NCBI GenBank assembly: GCA_040954595.2
Contig: CM082591.2
Span: forward strand, 7,802,047-7,866,046
Direction: 5' to 3'
DNA length: 64,000 nt
Origin: Balanoglossus misakiensis
Lineage: Eukaryota; Animalia; Hemichordata
Shown: positions 1-12,570 of the stretch, piece by piece
Layout of the letters: every line of letters starts with the position of its first letter
Position numbering within the stretch: the stretch's first letter is position 1
Notes under the pieces: generated by a model
What the model saw: only the letters and a program-made list of their open reading frames with translations
What the model was told of the DNA's origin: nothing
Databases searched by the model: none
Translations under genes and position numbers: made by a program

Positions 1-419
1 TCACCACTGCGCAGAAAAACACATCAGCATAGGCAGGTCGATAAGTGACTTATTTCAAAGTCCAGTGTCTATCGATCGCGAGCGAGTCCTTCAGAATGTC
101 ATAGTGAAAACTGACCAGATGACAGTCAGCTATTTTTAGCAATCCAGGACCTTAATCCGACTTAATCCGCCAACTTTTAAACTAACGAGAATGAGAATTG
201 TATCAGCACTCTCAATTTTGAAAATGCAAATAAAGATGGTTGAAGTGTTGAATGTACTGATTTATGTAAGCGGGAAAATATACTTATATGTATATATATT
301 TTTGTGTCCTCTACAATTTCGGATATCATGAATTTCCATCACCTATGCCCCGGCCCCACGCATGCTATGGAGCTGCCATGCCCGTACGTCTAAATCTGGT
401 AGGAACGCGATGTTCTTTT

Positions 420-486
420 GTTTCCTAAATGGTGTCGTGCGCAAAAGCAATGCCGCGATGACGTCACAACAAGCCCAAGCTTGAAG
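420..486 (+). other. Putative non-coding first exon of the ZNF143-like gene (5' end undefined)
   Basis: Consensus donor GAAG|GTAAGA at 486/487; the next exon (3608) has 30 nt of UTR before its ATG. Confidence 0.4.
459..466 (+). promoter_or_regulatory. Perfect CRE/ATF palindrome near the putative ZNF143 first exon
   Basis: TGACGTCA at 459-466 in a CpG-richer stretch, 20 nt before a strong donor AAG|GTAAGA at 486/487. Confidence 0.45.
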
Positions 487-667
487 GTAAGAAAACTGGT
501 CATTTTCGTTTCAGTTTAATAATGCCGAATTGAGGGTCTTCTGTTTCTTCTTAGACAGTGTGTTGAAAGGGTTAACGTGGTCTAAGAGCATATCGTATGT
601 AGCTCGAACAAATTAGACGATCAGAAGGCAAGCTAAGGCTACGAGTTTCGGGGCTTCAATTATGTAG

Positions 668-683
668 CTCCCAGAATGCTTGC
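668..683 (+). promoter_or_regulatory. Staf/ZNF143-binding site (SBS) motif
   Basis: CTCCCAGAATGCTTGC matches the YYCCCANNRTGC SBS core; a weaker site TTCCCAGCGTTCCAC lies at 813-827. Confidence 0.55.
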
Positions 684-2937
684 TTATTTTTGAGGCCCCG
701 CAGTCTGAATAATAACATGTTTCCGCTAGGTTCTATACGAGGTACATACTAAATTCATGTTGCAGACTACAAGGGCAGGTTTGTGTCCCGGTGCATGGCG
801 GTCCAGGTTGGTTTCCCAGCGTTCCACTACCCATCTTCCTTTTCAAACGTGCTTGCTTTAGACGAAGTGTTTGTAACATGCGCTGAAGACGACATAGTTC
901 TCCGTGTACCCGATAATTTGGCGAGAGTTTGTTTGTGTGTGTTGGGAGACGCCTAAACAATGATCCAAGAGGCTTATGCGTTCTCGTCGAAGTCTCGACA
1001 CCTCGCATGGTTCGGAAAATCCCGCGTCGTTTCCCTTTGAAAGCCGTCCTGAAAATTGTATCGGAGTGTCAGGAATATATGTCGTCTGATCAGAAACTCA
1101 GTTCGCTGCGTACTGTGTTACATATGCTTCGTGCCTTGCACAAGTTGATTTATACAACTGTAAAACCGATTTACAGACTATATCGCCATATTGATTATTG
1201 TTGAATCTGATTGTACTTTGTCGTGACCGGTTGTTCAGTACAATGCTATATGCATACGATTGCATGTCTTGTTCACTGTGCTATAGATAGTCTAGTATCT
1301 AACTGTGCTAGTACATGTATGATCATGGAGGTACTAGTACCTCCATGGTATGATGTAGCAAGAGTAGCTCCCAGGTTGCATTTTCATGTTTTTTTCACCC
1401 CCACGAACTGATTTTACTTAATTCTTGACCTTAAAAATGAAGCCCTATGCTTCTGAACAGTGATATAAATGTCACCAGTAGAGCTTCCTGTGCAAAATCT
1501 CCACTCATTGACCCAAGAATTCCTCTGTGCCCTGCAGAATTGATGTTTCTAAAATTAAGCAACAATTTGAATTCTCTCAAGGAAAATGAGAAAAGTTTGA
1601 GTGCAAATTGTGTGCAATTTCTAAACACTTATTTTGTGATAATCAAATTGTCAGTTAATTGCAGGTCAAATCAGGTCAAACCATTTTGATATCTTCTTTG
1701 CAATATCTGTTCAGACTGGGACTCGCTGATCCACTTGTAATCAGATAGATTGAGGGGGGGGGGGGGGAGGGGGTCTTTCTGCAGACATCAGCTACATGAA
1801 AATATATGGACTGTCAAGAAGCTTCATGCCAGTTTTAACAACTAGTTCTGGGCCTTGCTGGAAAGCACACATTTTTGCCCAAAACTGGATACCCATTATT
1901 TTTACGGCTGGTTTTGAACTGATGAACTGTAAATTATTATAGGTATAACTTGGAACACTTGTACCTATGTACTCTTACTGACCGAGGAAAAGGTATACAC
2001 ATTCAATGCACTAATTCCACTTTTGCTCAATTTTGGTTTCCCCATTGGCATGCTGAAAGATCGATGCATAGACCAGTATCATCATATTATTGGAAACTTG
2101 GTTCATGTAGTCCTGGTATTTCTCTTTGTATGGTCATTGTGCCCTTGTAGATTGTGGAGTTTGTTTTTGCTGCTGTCTTGTCACTGTCAGCCAATGTATC
2201 TGCCTTGAATTGTTAATGCTGATTGAAAGAAATGAATAAAAAAATGTGTTTAAATTGGTGCATATGTAATACATTACAGTTACACAATATGACAATAGAT
2301 TATACAGAGTTAGGGGTGAGCTGTCTGCTAGCGTTAGCTCATTGACAAGTGGTATTTACTCTATTATACTAGCAAATTATTTGGCTTCAACCCTAACCCC
2401 CCCCCCCCCCCCCAGTTCCCGCTTTAGAGGTCCAACTTTACCATAAGAAACAATAGGTTTGGAACGAACCATGGTGATGTAAGGGATAACACTGACTTTT
2501 TCCGGTTGGGTATTAAAACAGGCTGGGTTGTACATGTAGTGAACCTTTTTAGCTACTAGCCAGGGATGGGGTTGGATCTGAAAAAGGATGCGAGTTCTGG
2601 AAGAACTGGAAGTCTCAGTTTTGATTCAGAGTGAATTCTGAAACAACAAGGAAAATTTGGAATGAAACAGCCTTCATACAGGAACACTCAATGGCAATCA
2701 AAAGAAAATTGTTGCCTCTGAAAAACATCTTTCCTTTCTCCTGACATTGTGAATCAACCTACATGTATATGTAAGTAAATTCCAAATGTGAGAAATACAA
2801 TTACATTAAACCAGAGTGTGGAATATTGCTTGTTTTCGAATTATGTTGGTATAATTAAACTCACCAAATAGAAAAAGCATAATCATAATCACAGTATTTT
2901 CCACAGGAATTCTTGATACATAGTACATGTACTAGTA

Positions 2938-3098
2938 CAGTAAAACTCCAATTATCCAAACTGACAGGGGGACATTGATTTTGTTCAGATATGCAGACAG
3001 TTCGGTTATTCGGATAACGATCATAAACAATTGTACTGTTTGGGAGACATGACAGCAGTTCGGATAACCAAACAGTTCGGATAATTGGAGTTTTACTG
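2938..3098. mobile_element. Tc1/mariner (pogo/Tigger-like) MITE
   Basis: TIR CAGTAAAACTCCAATTATCC ... GGATAATTGGAGTTTTACTG flanked by TA on both sides. Confidence 0.8.
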
Positions 3099-3637
3099 TA
3101 GTATCACTATTAGCTTATTTGAATAACAATTATTAATTGTTATGATAATGAGTTTCAATTTTAAAGGGTGTAATATGGGCAGAACTCTGAGACCTGCATT
3201 ATTGACATTATTGAAAATTGCATTTGTCAACACCATAGCAATGCTTGACAAGCTAAAATCTGAGGATTTTTAAATACTGTAGGGAGGACAAGAAAAAGTA
3301 GTTGACACATAAACAAAAAAAAAATACAAAAAATAACCAGAATTTGCAGATAGTGGCCCGTCAAATGTAAATGTATGTTATTGGATTAAAAAAAGAGAGA
3401 CCTTGTCATGTCACAATTGAGTTTGCAATTTTACCGCTATTCATAGACCTGTGCTCTATTGTATTTTTGAGACAAATGCTTTTGTATTCTACTGAAGTCA
3501 TTCTTTGATTTATAAAGCTTTCAAACAATTGCAAATTTAGATTTACAACAAAAAGTGGTTGTTATGTATTTGTGTGAATAGTAATACACTTTTTTTTACA
3601 TATTTAGGTTTAAATTTGATGAATTATCTTGGTAACT

Positions 3638-3760
3638 ATGGACACCACTACAACAGATGGACAACACAAAAGTTTGGACACAACAAGTATGAGCACCAAT
3701 GAACAAGAAGTGATAGGAATGTTGTTGGCGCAGTCGAACTCAGACATTCATAGTGTACAT
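3638..3760 (+). CDS. ZNF143: ZNF143/Staf-like, coding exon 1
   Basis: Acceptor TTTAG at 3607, ATG 3638, MDTTT...GMLLAQSNSDIHSVH (vertebrate ZNF143 begins MLLAQIN), phase-0 donor GTAAGT at 3761. Confidence 0.8.
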
Positions 3761-4158
3761 GTAAGTCTGGAATGTGAATTTTTCAAAGAAATTGCCAATC
3801 TCCCTAAAAGACATATGTCACCAATGATTAGCCTAGAATCCAGACTCTTGTTTTTTTTTTGCTTAGTTCGCTCCACACAGTCTAGCATTTCGGTCTTCAT
3901 TTTTGAAATTTTGCTGATTGCATGTCAAAGAACTCTAACCATGGCAACTCAGGTCACTGATATTGAGCAACACCCCTGTTCATGAATTCAGCCAATCAGT
4001 AGTTGATCAGGTTATCTTCTAATAGGTCATGATCATAATGGTGGGCAGTGACCTGAGTTGCCATGGTGTGACAGGTTTTGCACCCCCGAGACGAGTACAT
4101 CAGATTTGGTGTGTTTCAGTCTGTATTGGTGAAGGATGTCACCAATGGTCGCAGGTTT

Positions 4159-4517
4159 CAGTGGTTCCTTTAACGCAAAATCCTGCGTATTTTACGCCTT
4201 TCTGACCATAATTATGCAAAGACAATGATGGACGCGTACACCAGTACGTATTGACTCTAGCCACTAGAGATAAGGAAATTGTATAGGCAAGGTTTACAAG
4301 CTAAAAATAACTGGACGCGCACGTAACTAAATTACATTAACGCACAGAAATGTTGCAATTTTCACTCAGGCAACATTACAGATTAAACTTTGCAACATTG
4401 TACAGTGGTGTTCTGTTACAGGCTTTCAACTTCCTATGCAATTTTGATGCATTTTTTCAAAGTAAATTCTGAATGCGTATTGAAGTACGCATAGAAAAAA
4501 ATCTAACGGAACCTCTA
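4159..4517. mobile_element. Non-autonomous hAT-like element with 5-bp TSD
   Basis: Ends CAGTGGTTCCTTTA / TAACGGAACCTCTA; GGTTT duplicated at 4154-4158 and 4518-4522. Confidence 0.6.
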
Positions 4518-4853
4518 GGTTTATGAAAGGCCATGATAGGTGGTTGGGGCATCAAGTTGTATACATCATTACATGTATACAAGTGTTCTTCCCAGGAATC
4601 CCTGAAAGATTTAGTGATAATTGTTGTGTTAATCAACTTCTATTGTTTTCTCAAAATTAGAGAGTAGTGGCCCCTATGCTTTAATTGCTCTGGGGAGAAC
4701 ACTGTATATATAGGGAAAGAGGGAGGGAGGGAGAGAGAGACGTTATTAGAATTTGAAGTATAAATTGAGGTATGTTTCTTAGAATAACAAACAAACATTG
4801 ACAATATTTTTGTTTTTGTATGGCTTTAAAATGAATATGTTTCTCTCTGACAG

Positions 4854-4995
4854 GGGACAGATAGTGATGGCCAAGCAGTAGCAGTTTCTATAGCAACAGG
4901 TCTGTCAGCTGATGGAAAGTTACAAGTTGTTGAAGGTCAAAGTTTACAAGCAGTTACACTCCCAGACGGCACAACGGCATACATCCAGCATAAAG
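4854..4995 (+). CDS. ZNF143: ZNF143-like coding exon 2
   Basis: AG/GT bounded, phase 0 to 1; encodes ...EGQSLQAVTLPDGTTAYIQHK, matching ZNF143 SLQAVTLADGSTAYIQH. Confidence 0.9.
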
Positions 4996-5035
4996 GTAAA
5001 TGAATAATGCTGTAGGGATCTAAAGGAAAGACTGC

Positions 5036-5174
5036 GTCATTTGCAAGATAGCTTATAATTTGGGTCATTTGCAAGATAGCTTATAATTTGGGTCATTTGC
5101 AAGATAGCTTATAATTTGGGTCATTTGCAAGATAGCTTATAATTTGGGTCATTTGCAAGATAGCTTATAATTTG
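5036..5174. repeat. Minisatellite, 5 x 28 bp
   Basis: Unit GTCATTTGCAAGATAGCTTATAATTTGG, near-perfect copies, intronic. Confidence 0.95.
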
Positions 5175-5205
5175 TCAAGAAAGCGTCAAGGAGAATACTT
5201 TTGTG

Positions 5206-5850
5206 AACCCTTGCACCACATTGGTTCAGTCCAATCCTACTGTTTTCTATGGTAAGGTTGGACCTCTAAATAGGGAACTGGGGGTGAAAGGGTTAATTCA
5301 AAGATATCAGATTTGACAGAGGTGTAATAGCCCTGTATCAGCTGGGTCACTCTCTATGGACCATCTCTGAAGATATGGATGTGAAATAAACTGAACTGAT
5401 AGTAATTTAACCCTTTCACCACAATGGTTCAGTCCAATCCTACTGTTTTCTATGGTAAGGTTGGACCTCTAAATAGGGAACTGGGGGTGAAAGGGTTAAT
5501 TCAAAGATATCAGATTTGACAGAGGTGTAATAGCCCTGTATCAGCTGGGCCACTCTCTATGGACCATCTCTGAAGATATGGATGTGAAATAAACTGAACT
5601 GATAGTAATTTAACCCTTTCACCACAATGGTTCAGTCCAATCCTACTGTTTTCTATGGTAAGGTTGGACCTCTAAATAGGGAACTGGGGGTGAAAGGGTT
5701 AATTCAAAGATATCAGATATGACAGAGGTGTAATAGCCCTGTATCTGCTGGGCCACTCTCTATGGACCACCTCTGAAGATACGGATGTGAAATAAACTGA
5801 ACTGATAGTAATTTAACCCTTTCACCACCATGTTTCAGTCCAAACCCATT
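5206..5850. repeat. Tandem repeat, 3 full copies plus a partial of 203 bp, each carrying a ~85-bp TTAA-flanked piggyBac-like MITE
   Basis: Units start at 5206, 5409, 5612 and 5815; MITE TTAACCCTTTCACC...GGTGAAAGGGTTAA, with dispersed copies near 2393, 6474 and 60700. Confidence 0.9.
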
Positions 5851-6135
5851 CTCTTATTGACTTGTGGTCTTTTGTGTTCAACAGCATATAAGCAGATAAC
5901 GCTGAAAATTTCAGTCAGCAATACATGTAGTGTAAAACCTGTCTAAACTAAACACCAAAGGGACTGAAGAAACTAGTCGGTTAGTTTTATAGAGGTTGTT
6001 TTAACATGTGCTTCTACATGTATGTCAAAGGGACTGGGAAAGGTGTTCAGTATAGACAGGTTTCCAGATTTTACTGTAGTATGTAGTTGACAACCAGTTA
6101 TGTGATAACCATACATTGGCCTCTATCATTTTCAG

Positions 6136-6213
6136 ACGGCAGTTTAGTGGAAGGCCAAGCTGTGCAATTAGAAGATGGTACTACAGCTTACATTCAACAT
6201 ATTGCAGAAAAAG
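6136..6213 (+). CDS. ZNF143: ZNF143-like coding exon 3
   Basis: 78 nt, phase 1-1; DGSLVEGQAVQLEDGTTAYIQHIAEK activation repeat. Confidence 0.9.
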
Positions 6214-6695
6214 GTGTGTGTATAATACTTTGTATCTGTAGACTCCCTCACAGCCCATGCTTTGCTACGAGTCAGTTGGTCTATTAGATAGTACATGTAC
6301 ACTGATTGGCTGTGCATGACAGGCACCTTGTTGCATATTGGCCATTCCCGGACTTTTGCCAGCTCACCAGCTGTGCCAAGCAAAGCTGAGGGTTGAGGGC
6401 GCACATTCAATGAGAGGATAAGATTGTGAAGGTGGCAAGTGTTGGCCCCTACCCTGCCTCAGTGTCTAGCACTTTAACCCTTTCACCACCATGGTTGGAT
6501 CCAAATCTACTGTTTACTATACTATAGTAAGGTTGGACCTCTAAATAAGGAACTGGGGGTGGGAGGGTTCAGCTAGGCTACGCGACCTGTCTACAGAGAC
6601 TCACAAAGGTGGTTAGTCAGGATTTCATCAGAACATCAAAATCACGATTTTAACCTATTTTGCTACTAAAGTCAAGAATTTTGCCAAATTCTCAG

Positions 6696-6776
6696 AAGGA
6701 GAAACTGCGTTTGAAGAAGGTCAGACCGTACAGTTAGAAGATGGTACTACAGCATATATACAGAGAGCTACTCGAG
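6696..6776 (+). CDS. ZNF143: ZNF143-like coding exon 4
   Basis: 81 nt, phase 1-1; EGETAFEEGQTVQLEDGTTAYIQRATR, donor GTAAGC. Confidence 0.9.
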
Positions 6777-7355
6777 GTAAGCATTATACACTGAAATCCT
6801 TAATAGGGATTGTCTGTGTTTTATAGCTCTTCTTTATGTATGGATAGATATAGTTGCTTATATCAAACTGATTGCTGTATGTGAGTTAATATATACCTCC
6901 ATCCTCCAGGAATAATTTCAATAAATTGACAGACAAATCTGACTTTGTTACATTTTACCGGGATCAACTACCTCAACAGTTCAGATTTCATCATTGATTG
7001 TCAAACCTGTCCTTTCATATCTTGTAGATATGCATGTAAATTCTTATATATACAGTCTAAATTGAGCAATTAGTCAACATGTTTCAGTAAAATCAATGCA
7101 ACATCACATCGAGTCAAGCAAATTAATATATGTAGGACAGTGATTGCAGTGTGTGTGTGTTTAGCTCTGCTGTGCTTATGGCTGCACATGTGAGCTGTTG
7201 TTTGCTCCCTGGGAAGTTGAAGGGAATTGAATTAGGTCACGTGACCAGGGGTGATAATTGTTGTAAAGTGCCTTGAGCACAATTGTGGTTGCATGCACCA
7301 ATATTATTATTATTATTATTATTATTGATGATTGTTCCTGTTGTCCCCATTGCAG

Positions 7356-7457
7356 CAGATGGACAGACATTACAAGCCGTCCAATTGGAAGACGGCACAA
7401 CAGCATATATCCAGACACAGGCACCAGGAGAAGGATTCGGAGACCAAGCACATACTG
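7356..7457 (+). CDS. ZNF143: ZNF143-like coding exon 5 (last ZNF143 exon found in the window)
   Basis: NAGNAG acceptor (CAGCAG), ADGQTLQAVQLEDGTTAYIQTQAPGEGFGDQAHT, phase-1 donor GTGAGA. Confidence 0.88.
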
Positions 7458-8073
7458 GTGAGAATGACAGGAATTTTAGACAAATCTGAGTCATTGTGGA
7501 CTTAGGCAGAGTTCTTCTACACTTAATAGTATGTTTGAGTTCAAATATCTGAATTTAATAGACAGGAGCAGATCAAATAGGAACTGCTATCAATTTTCAC
7601 AGGCGAGGTCAAAATAGCGCCCCCAGTGGTAATTATGACAAATTCATGCCAAAGTTTACAGTCACCACACCTTGCACTACTCCGCTGTGTACAACAAAAT
7701 AACACTTCATTCTCTCACACCATTGGGAATTTTCGATGGTTAATCCTATGGAGCATCTATTCAGGTCTCAAAATATCAGGCAGTGCATTACGTTTTTTCA
7801 CAGACTATCTACGTAGGCAACGGAATCAGGAAGTGAATTGTAGGTCTGGTCCCAACGGCTCGATTGGCTATCTTACTGAGAAATTGCAGTAGATACACAA
7901 AACTAACATATGGAAATTATAATGAAAAAGTTACAGTTTATGGAGCTTTAAAAAAAAAATTATAGCTCTTCATGTATCCAGGCATTTCATGATGTTTTAG
8001 GGCTTTGAACAAGAAACTGCAGTAGATACACAAAACAAACATATTGAAATTATAGCCAAAAAGTTACAGCTTA

Positions 8074-8848
8074 GGCTGCATTCACAAACACCTCTGGAGG
8101 GGGGGGCGGGAGAATTCAATTTTTTTACCGCTAATTTTCACATGCCCCCCTTCCGAACTGCCAATATTTTCAAATCCCCCCCTTCCGAACTGCCAAAATT
8201 TTGAAATCCCCCCTTCCCATTTTCTTTCACAGAGCAAAACACATCACCTATCTATCTTGTAAAAAGAAAAACAGCGCTCCCATGAAAAGAATTTGAAACT
8301 GATGTTTCCCCTCATCAGTGGGTATTAAAACTGAACATAGTTTTTATTTTTTAAGTACATATATTTGTATTCTGTGTTGGGAGACATTGTAAACCGAGAA
8401 TTGAAGGGGGTGGGTTTGGGAGGGGGTGTCCCCCTCCCACGTAAGAAAATTTTCTAAAATACAGAGCTCAAAGCTGCATTTTAATGAACCCGGCAAAAGC
8501 AAATTAACTCAACTACCGGTATGTTGGGGAGGACAAATTTAACCGTCGTTATCATGGGGTGGGGCAAGTCCCCTGACCTGGGACACTAGATAAACCAGTC
8601 AATGATTGAAAGGTGTTGATGAATGGAGGGGGTGGGTGTGAAAAATTAGAAAATTTTGTAAAATAAAGGGCGCGAAACTGCATTTTTGTGGACTCAAAAT
8701 AAATATTTAGTCGTTAAAGTTTTCAAGTCCCCCCCTTTCAGTCCCTAAATTATTTCAAATCCCCCCCCTTACATACCCTCAATTTTTTCAAATCCCCCCC
8801 CTCAATTCTCCTGCCCCCCCCCCTCCAGAGGTGTTTGTGAATGCAGCC
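8074..8848. mobile_element. PIF/Harbinger-like MITE
   Basis: TIR GGCTGCATTCACAAACACCTCTGGAGGGGGGGG with TTA TSD; the adjacent tandem duplicate (~7880-7980) shows the empty site. Confidence 0.88.
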
Positions 8849-8933
8849 TTATGAAGCTTTATAAAAAAAATTATATCTCTTCATGTATCTATTGTGAATA
8901 ATTTGTCTCTAAAATTTATTCTTCCTTTGTCAG

Positions 8934-9032
8934 ACATGAGATCCTTGGAGATGAAGAAGTCGCTTTTAAAATGATCAGAACTAATGTTTCTCACGTTGTT
9001 GGTCAGTTAGATGATATCAGAAGAAATCCAAA
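8934..9032 (+). pseudogene. GNPTAB: Isolated exon of GlcNAc-1-phosphotransferase alpha/beta (GNPTAB)
   Basis: 99 nt, AG/GT bounded, phase 2-2; [32 protein letters not shown] versus human [32 protein letters not shown]; no other GNPTAB exons seen. Confidence 0.85.
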
Positions 9033-11239
9033 GTAAGTGGATATTTTCATCTTTTTGGCAAACCTTTAAAGGGCCACGATCTACTTATGTTAAATCAGAG
9101 ACTCTGGTTACGGGCAATAGAAATTATTGAGGCCTGCACCATGCTATTTCATGAATAAGGCGTGAATTTAACAAATAATGTAAAATAATGCTGGGTCATT
9201 ATTCTTTTTCAATGTTTTTTTCTGTTTGCATAAACATTTGTCTGAAAAATAATCATGGTGACTGTTCATGCACTGAATATAACTTCTTTTGACTGAGTTC
9301 TCTGTAACATTTCATGAAAATGACAATTATAGTTGAAGTGGATTTTCTAGCAGTTCTTCATGCAACTGTAATTACCGGTAGAAGAGACAAATTCCACGTA
9401 CTCCAAGAGTTTTTCTTTGGTTATCTGAAACTGATTGACACTGGCAAAAATATAACAGTCTAGAGCTGTTGCTTCATCTCCGAGTACATGACGTAAAAAC
9501 AAGGTCAGTAGGTCACAGAGTATAAAGTCTTATGTATCGTCGTTATAGGTTCGACAGCCACATTATACTATAAGGTAAGTTTTACACGCAAATTGTATCA
9601 TATATAGAACAAACCAGACGAGCTGGAGCAATACTCTGTGACCTATTTGCCTCGTTTTCACTCCGTCTCCTTGGAGATGATGCAATGTTTTGGAAGAGCG
9701 CTCTCTTTATGCAAAAAGACGTATTGCCATGACATTTCATTGGTACGTTTTGTATTAGTGATTGTTTGTTGTTCAGATTGACCTCTAACCTCTCATTCTA
9801 CACCACCTTCTTTAATTATGTACTTGAATGTATAAAATTTACAATTTCTGTTTTGGATTTTGATATGAAGAAATCATTAATATGGTGTGTATTTGTATTT
9901 TTGTTTTTAAGAGAAAATTTGGTTTTAAAGAGAAAATTTTGTCCTGAAAGAAGGCCAAATATTCGAAGAAATTCACAAACAGAGCAGATGTCACAAGTAT
10001 GACAAAAAAGTAATTTTTCATGTGCATCATTTATTTTGTGTTTTTTACAGTGTTTATTTTGGACTACAGAAAAACTCATCTCAGATATTGTTGTAATTTA
10101 AAATGGTTATGTAATGGAAAAATTGTTGATAGGACAGGTTGGATATTACATAGTTACCCTGTCTGGTAGTGAACTGCAAATTTCACTCAATTATTATTTG
10201 GGTTTGGAGTAGACAGTATTTAATGAAATACTAGTACTTAAAAAATAAGGCACTGTGATTTGAAACATTTCAAAGTGTCTTCCCCATTTTCAAGAATACT
10301 GCTATGTTGTTTGACTCTATGAGTCGCAGTATGTGGAAATTTCTCTATTTATTTCAGTTGTCATGGAATCTTACAGAAACATACTGTCATGGTAACTAGT
10401 GTATTTATTTGAGTATTGGATGAATGTTATTCAAATGTAACAGTGAAACCAGTTTTAGTTTTAGAATGAATCTTATTCAAGCTCCATTAACTGTAACTAT
10501 TCGCTATGTTTTCAGTATTTTTGTTTTGTGTATCTTCTTTTTCAAATTCTTGAAATATGATGAAGTAGCCTGTATTTAGCGTATCAACACAACATGTGTG
10601 TATAGTCAGTATTGTTATTGTGCAAAATTTGAATTCCAGTCAGAATAGAATTCATTTGTCGACAATGTCTGTGGCTATTACACACATACAAGATATGTTG
10701 ACAAGCAGAGTACTGTTTATATTAATATGCTGTTTGGAGTAGAACAAGAAATTGAATTTGATACACAGAACAAAAAAATCTCGAAATAATGCTCCTTTCA
10801 AATCCAACAGTAAAACCAGTTACAGGTTTGATTGAGATGAGATAGAAATTGCAAATACCATTTATGATGGTGATATTGACAGTTTATTTACCTACAAGAG
10901 GAGATTCAATCCTGTCTGATATTTCTAAATGTTATAACACAAATTCTCCTGTTTTTGTTCAGGTGAATGACTAGACGTTTGCAGACTTTACAGGCCGAGA
11001 TCAAAGTGAGAAATGAACTGCCACCAATGTCAACATTCCATGGAATTGCATGATGTGCCATAAAACTGTTTTCATACAGAGGATTTCCTCTTTGAAAATT
11101 CAAATGACCTGTTGTTATGGTTACCAGAACTCAGAGGTCGTGCTGGGATTTGTGACTGCACATATTTTTGACGTGTCCATAGAAACAGTCGCGTCAAAAT
11201 AACATGTCAATTTGAGGTAATGGCCCATTTATTTGAACA

Positions 11240-12570
11240 CTGTGTTTAAAAGTAGCGACATATAGACAGACATGGTTCAATCAGCAGACAGTGTCTTTTG
11301 CAACAAGACAAATGAGGGAGTTCTGAGTGAATAGGATATTTTCACAGATTCATTATCTGTGTGCACATGCACCTGTCAATCAAACTGGGCCAATTCTAAT
11401 GATATCTCTGTGTTTAAAAGTAGCGACATATAGACACACATGGTTCAATCAGCAGACAGTGTCTTTTGCAACAAGACAAATGAGGGAGTTCTGAGTGAAT
11501 AGGATCATTTCACAGATCATTGTCTGTGTGCACATGCACCTGTCAATCAAACTGGGCCAATTCTAATGATATCTCTGTGTTTAAAAGTAGTGACATATAG
11601 ACACACATGGTTCAATCAGCAGACAGTGTCTTTTGCAACAAGACAAATGAGGGAGTTCTGAGTGAATAGGATCATTTCACAGATCATTGTCTGTGTGCAC
11701 ATGCACCTGTCAATCAAACTGGGCCAATTCTAATGATATCTCTGTGTTTAAAAGTAGTGACATATAGACACACATGGTTCAATCAGCAGACAGTGTCTTT
11801 TGCAACAAGACAAATGAGGGAGTTCTGAGTGAATAGGATCATTTCACAGATTCATTGTCTGTGTGCACATACACCTTTCCATCAAACTGGGCCAATTCTA
11901 ATGATATCTCTGTGTTTAAAAGTAGTGACACATAGACACACATGGTTCAATCAGCAGACAGTGTCTTTTGCAACAAGACAAATGAGGGAGTTCTGAGTGA
12001 ATAGGATCATTTCACAGATTCATTGTCTGTGTGCACATACACCTTTCCATCAAACTGGGCCAATTCTAATGATATCTCTGTGTTTAAAAGTAGCGACACA
12101 TAGACACACATGGTTCAATCAGCAGACAGTGTCTTTTGCAACAAGACAAATGAGGGAGTTCTGAGTGAATAGGATAATTTCACAGATTCAGTGTGCACAT
12201 ACACCTGTCAATCAAACTGGGCCAATTCTAATGATATCTCTGTGTTTAAAAGTAGCGACACATAGACACACATGGTTCAATCAGCAGACAGTGTCTTTTG
12301 CAACAAGACAAATGAGGGAGTTCTGAGTGAATAGGATAATTTCACAGATTCAGTGTGCACATACACCTGTCAATCAAACTGGGCCAATTCTAATGATATC
12401 TCTGTGTTTAAAAGTAGCGACACATAGACACACATGGTTCAATCAGCAGACAGTGTCTTTTGCAACAAGACAAATGAGGGAGTTCTGAGTGAATAGGATA
12501 ATTTCACAGATTCATTGTCTGTGTGCACATACACCTGTCAATCAAACTGGGCCAATTCTAATGATATCTC
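11240..12570. repeat. Satellite array, 8 x 162-168 bp
   Basis: Unit CTGTGTTTAAAAGTAGCGACA...GGCCAATTCTAATGATATCT; starts at ~11240, 11408, 11575, 11742, 11910, 12078, 12240 and 12402. Confidence 0.95.

Noticed and set aside
733-2208. Several 60-90 aa ORFs near the start
   Set aside because: No recognisable domains; they lie in the putative first intron
5036-5174. 28-bp repeats of CRISPR-like length
   Set aside because: Head-to-tail with no spacers, no cas genes, and located in a eukaryotic intron
7449-7470. HTGEN in ORF 7283-7489 resembling a C2H2 linker
   Set aside because: It spans the splice donor (G|GTGAGA) and has no Cys/His finger around it; coincidental
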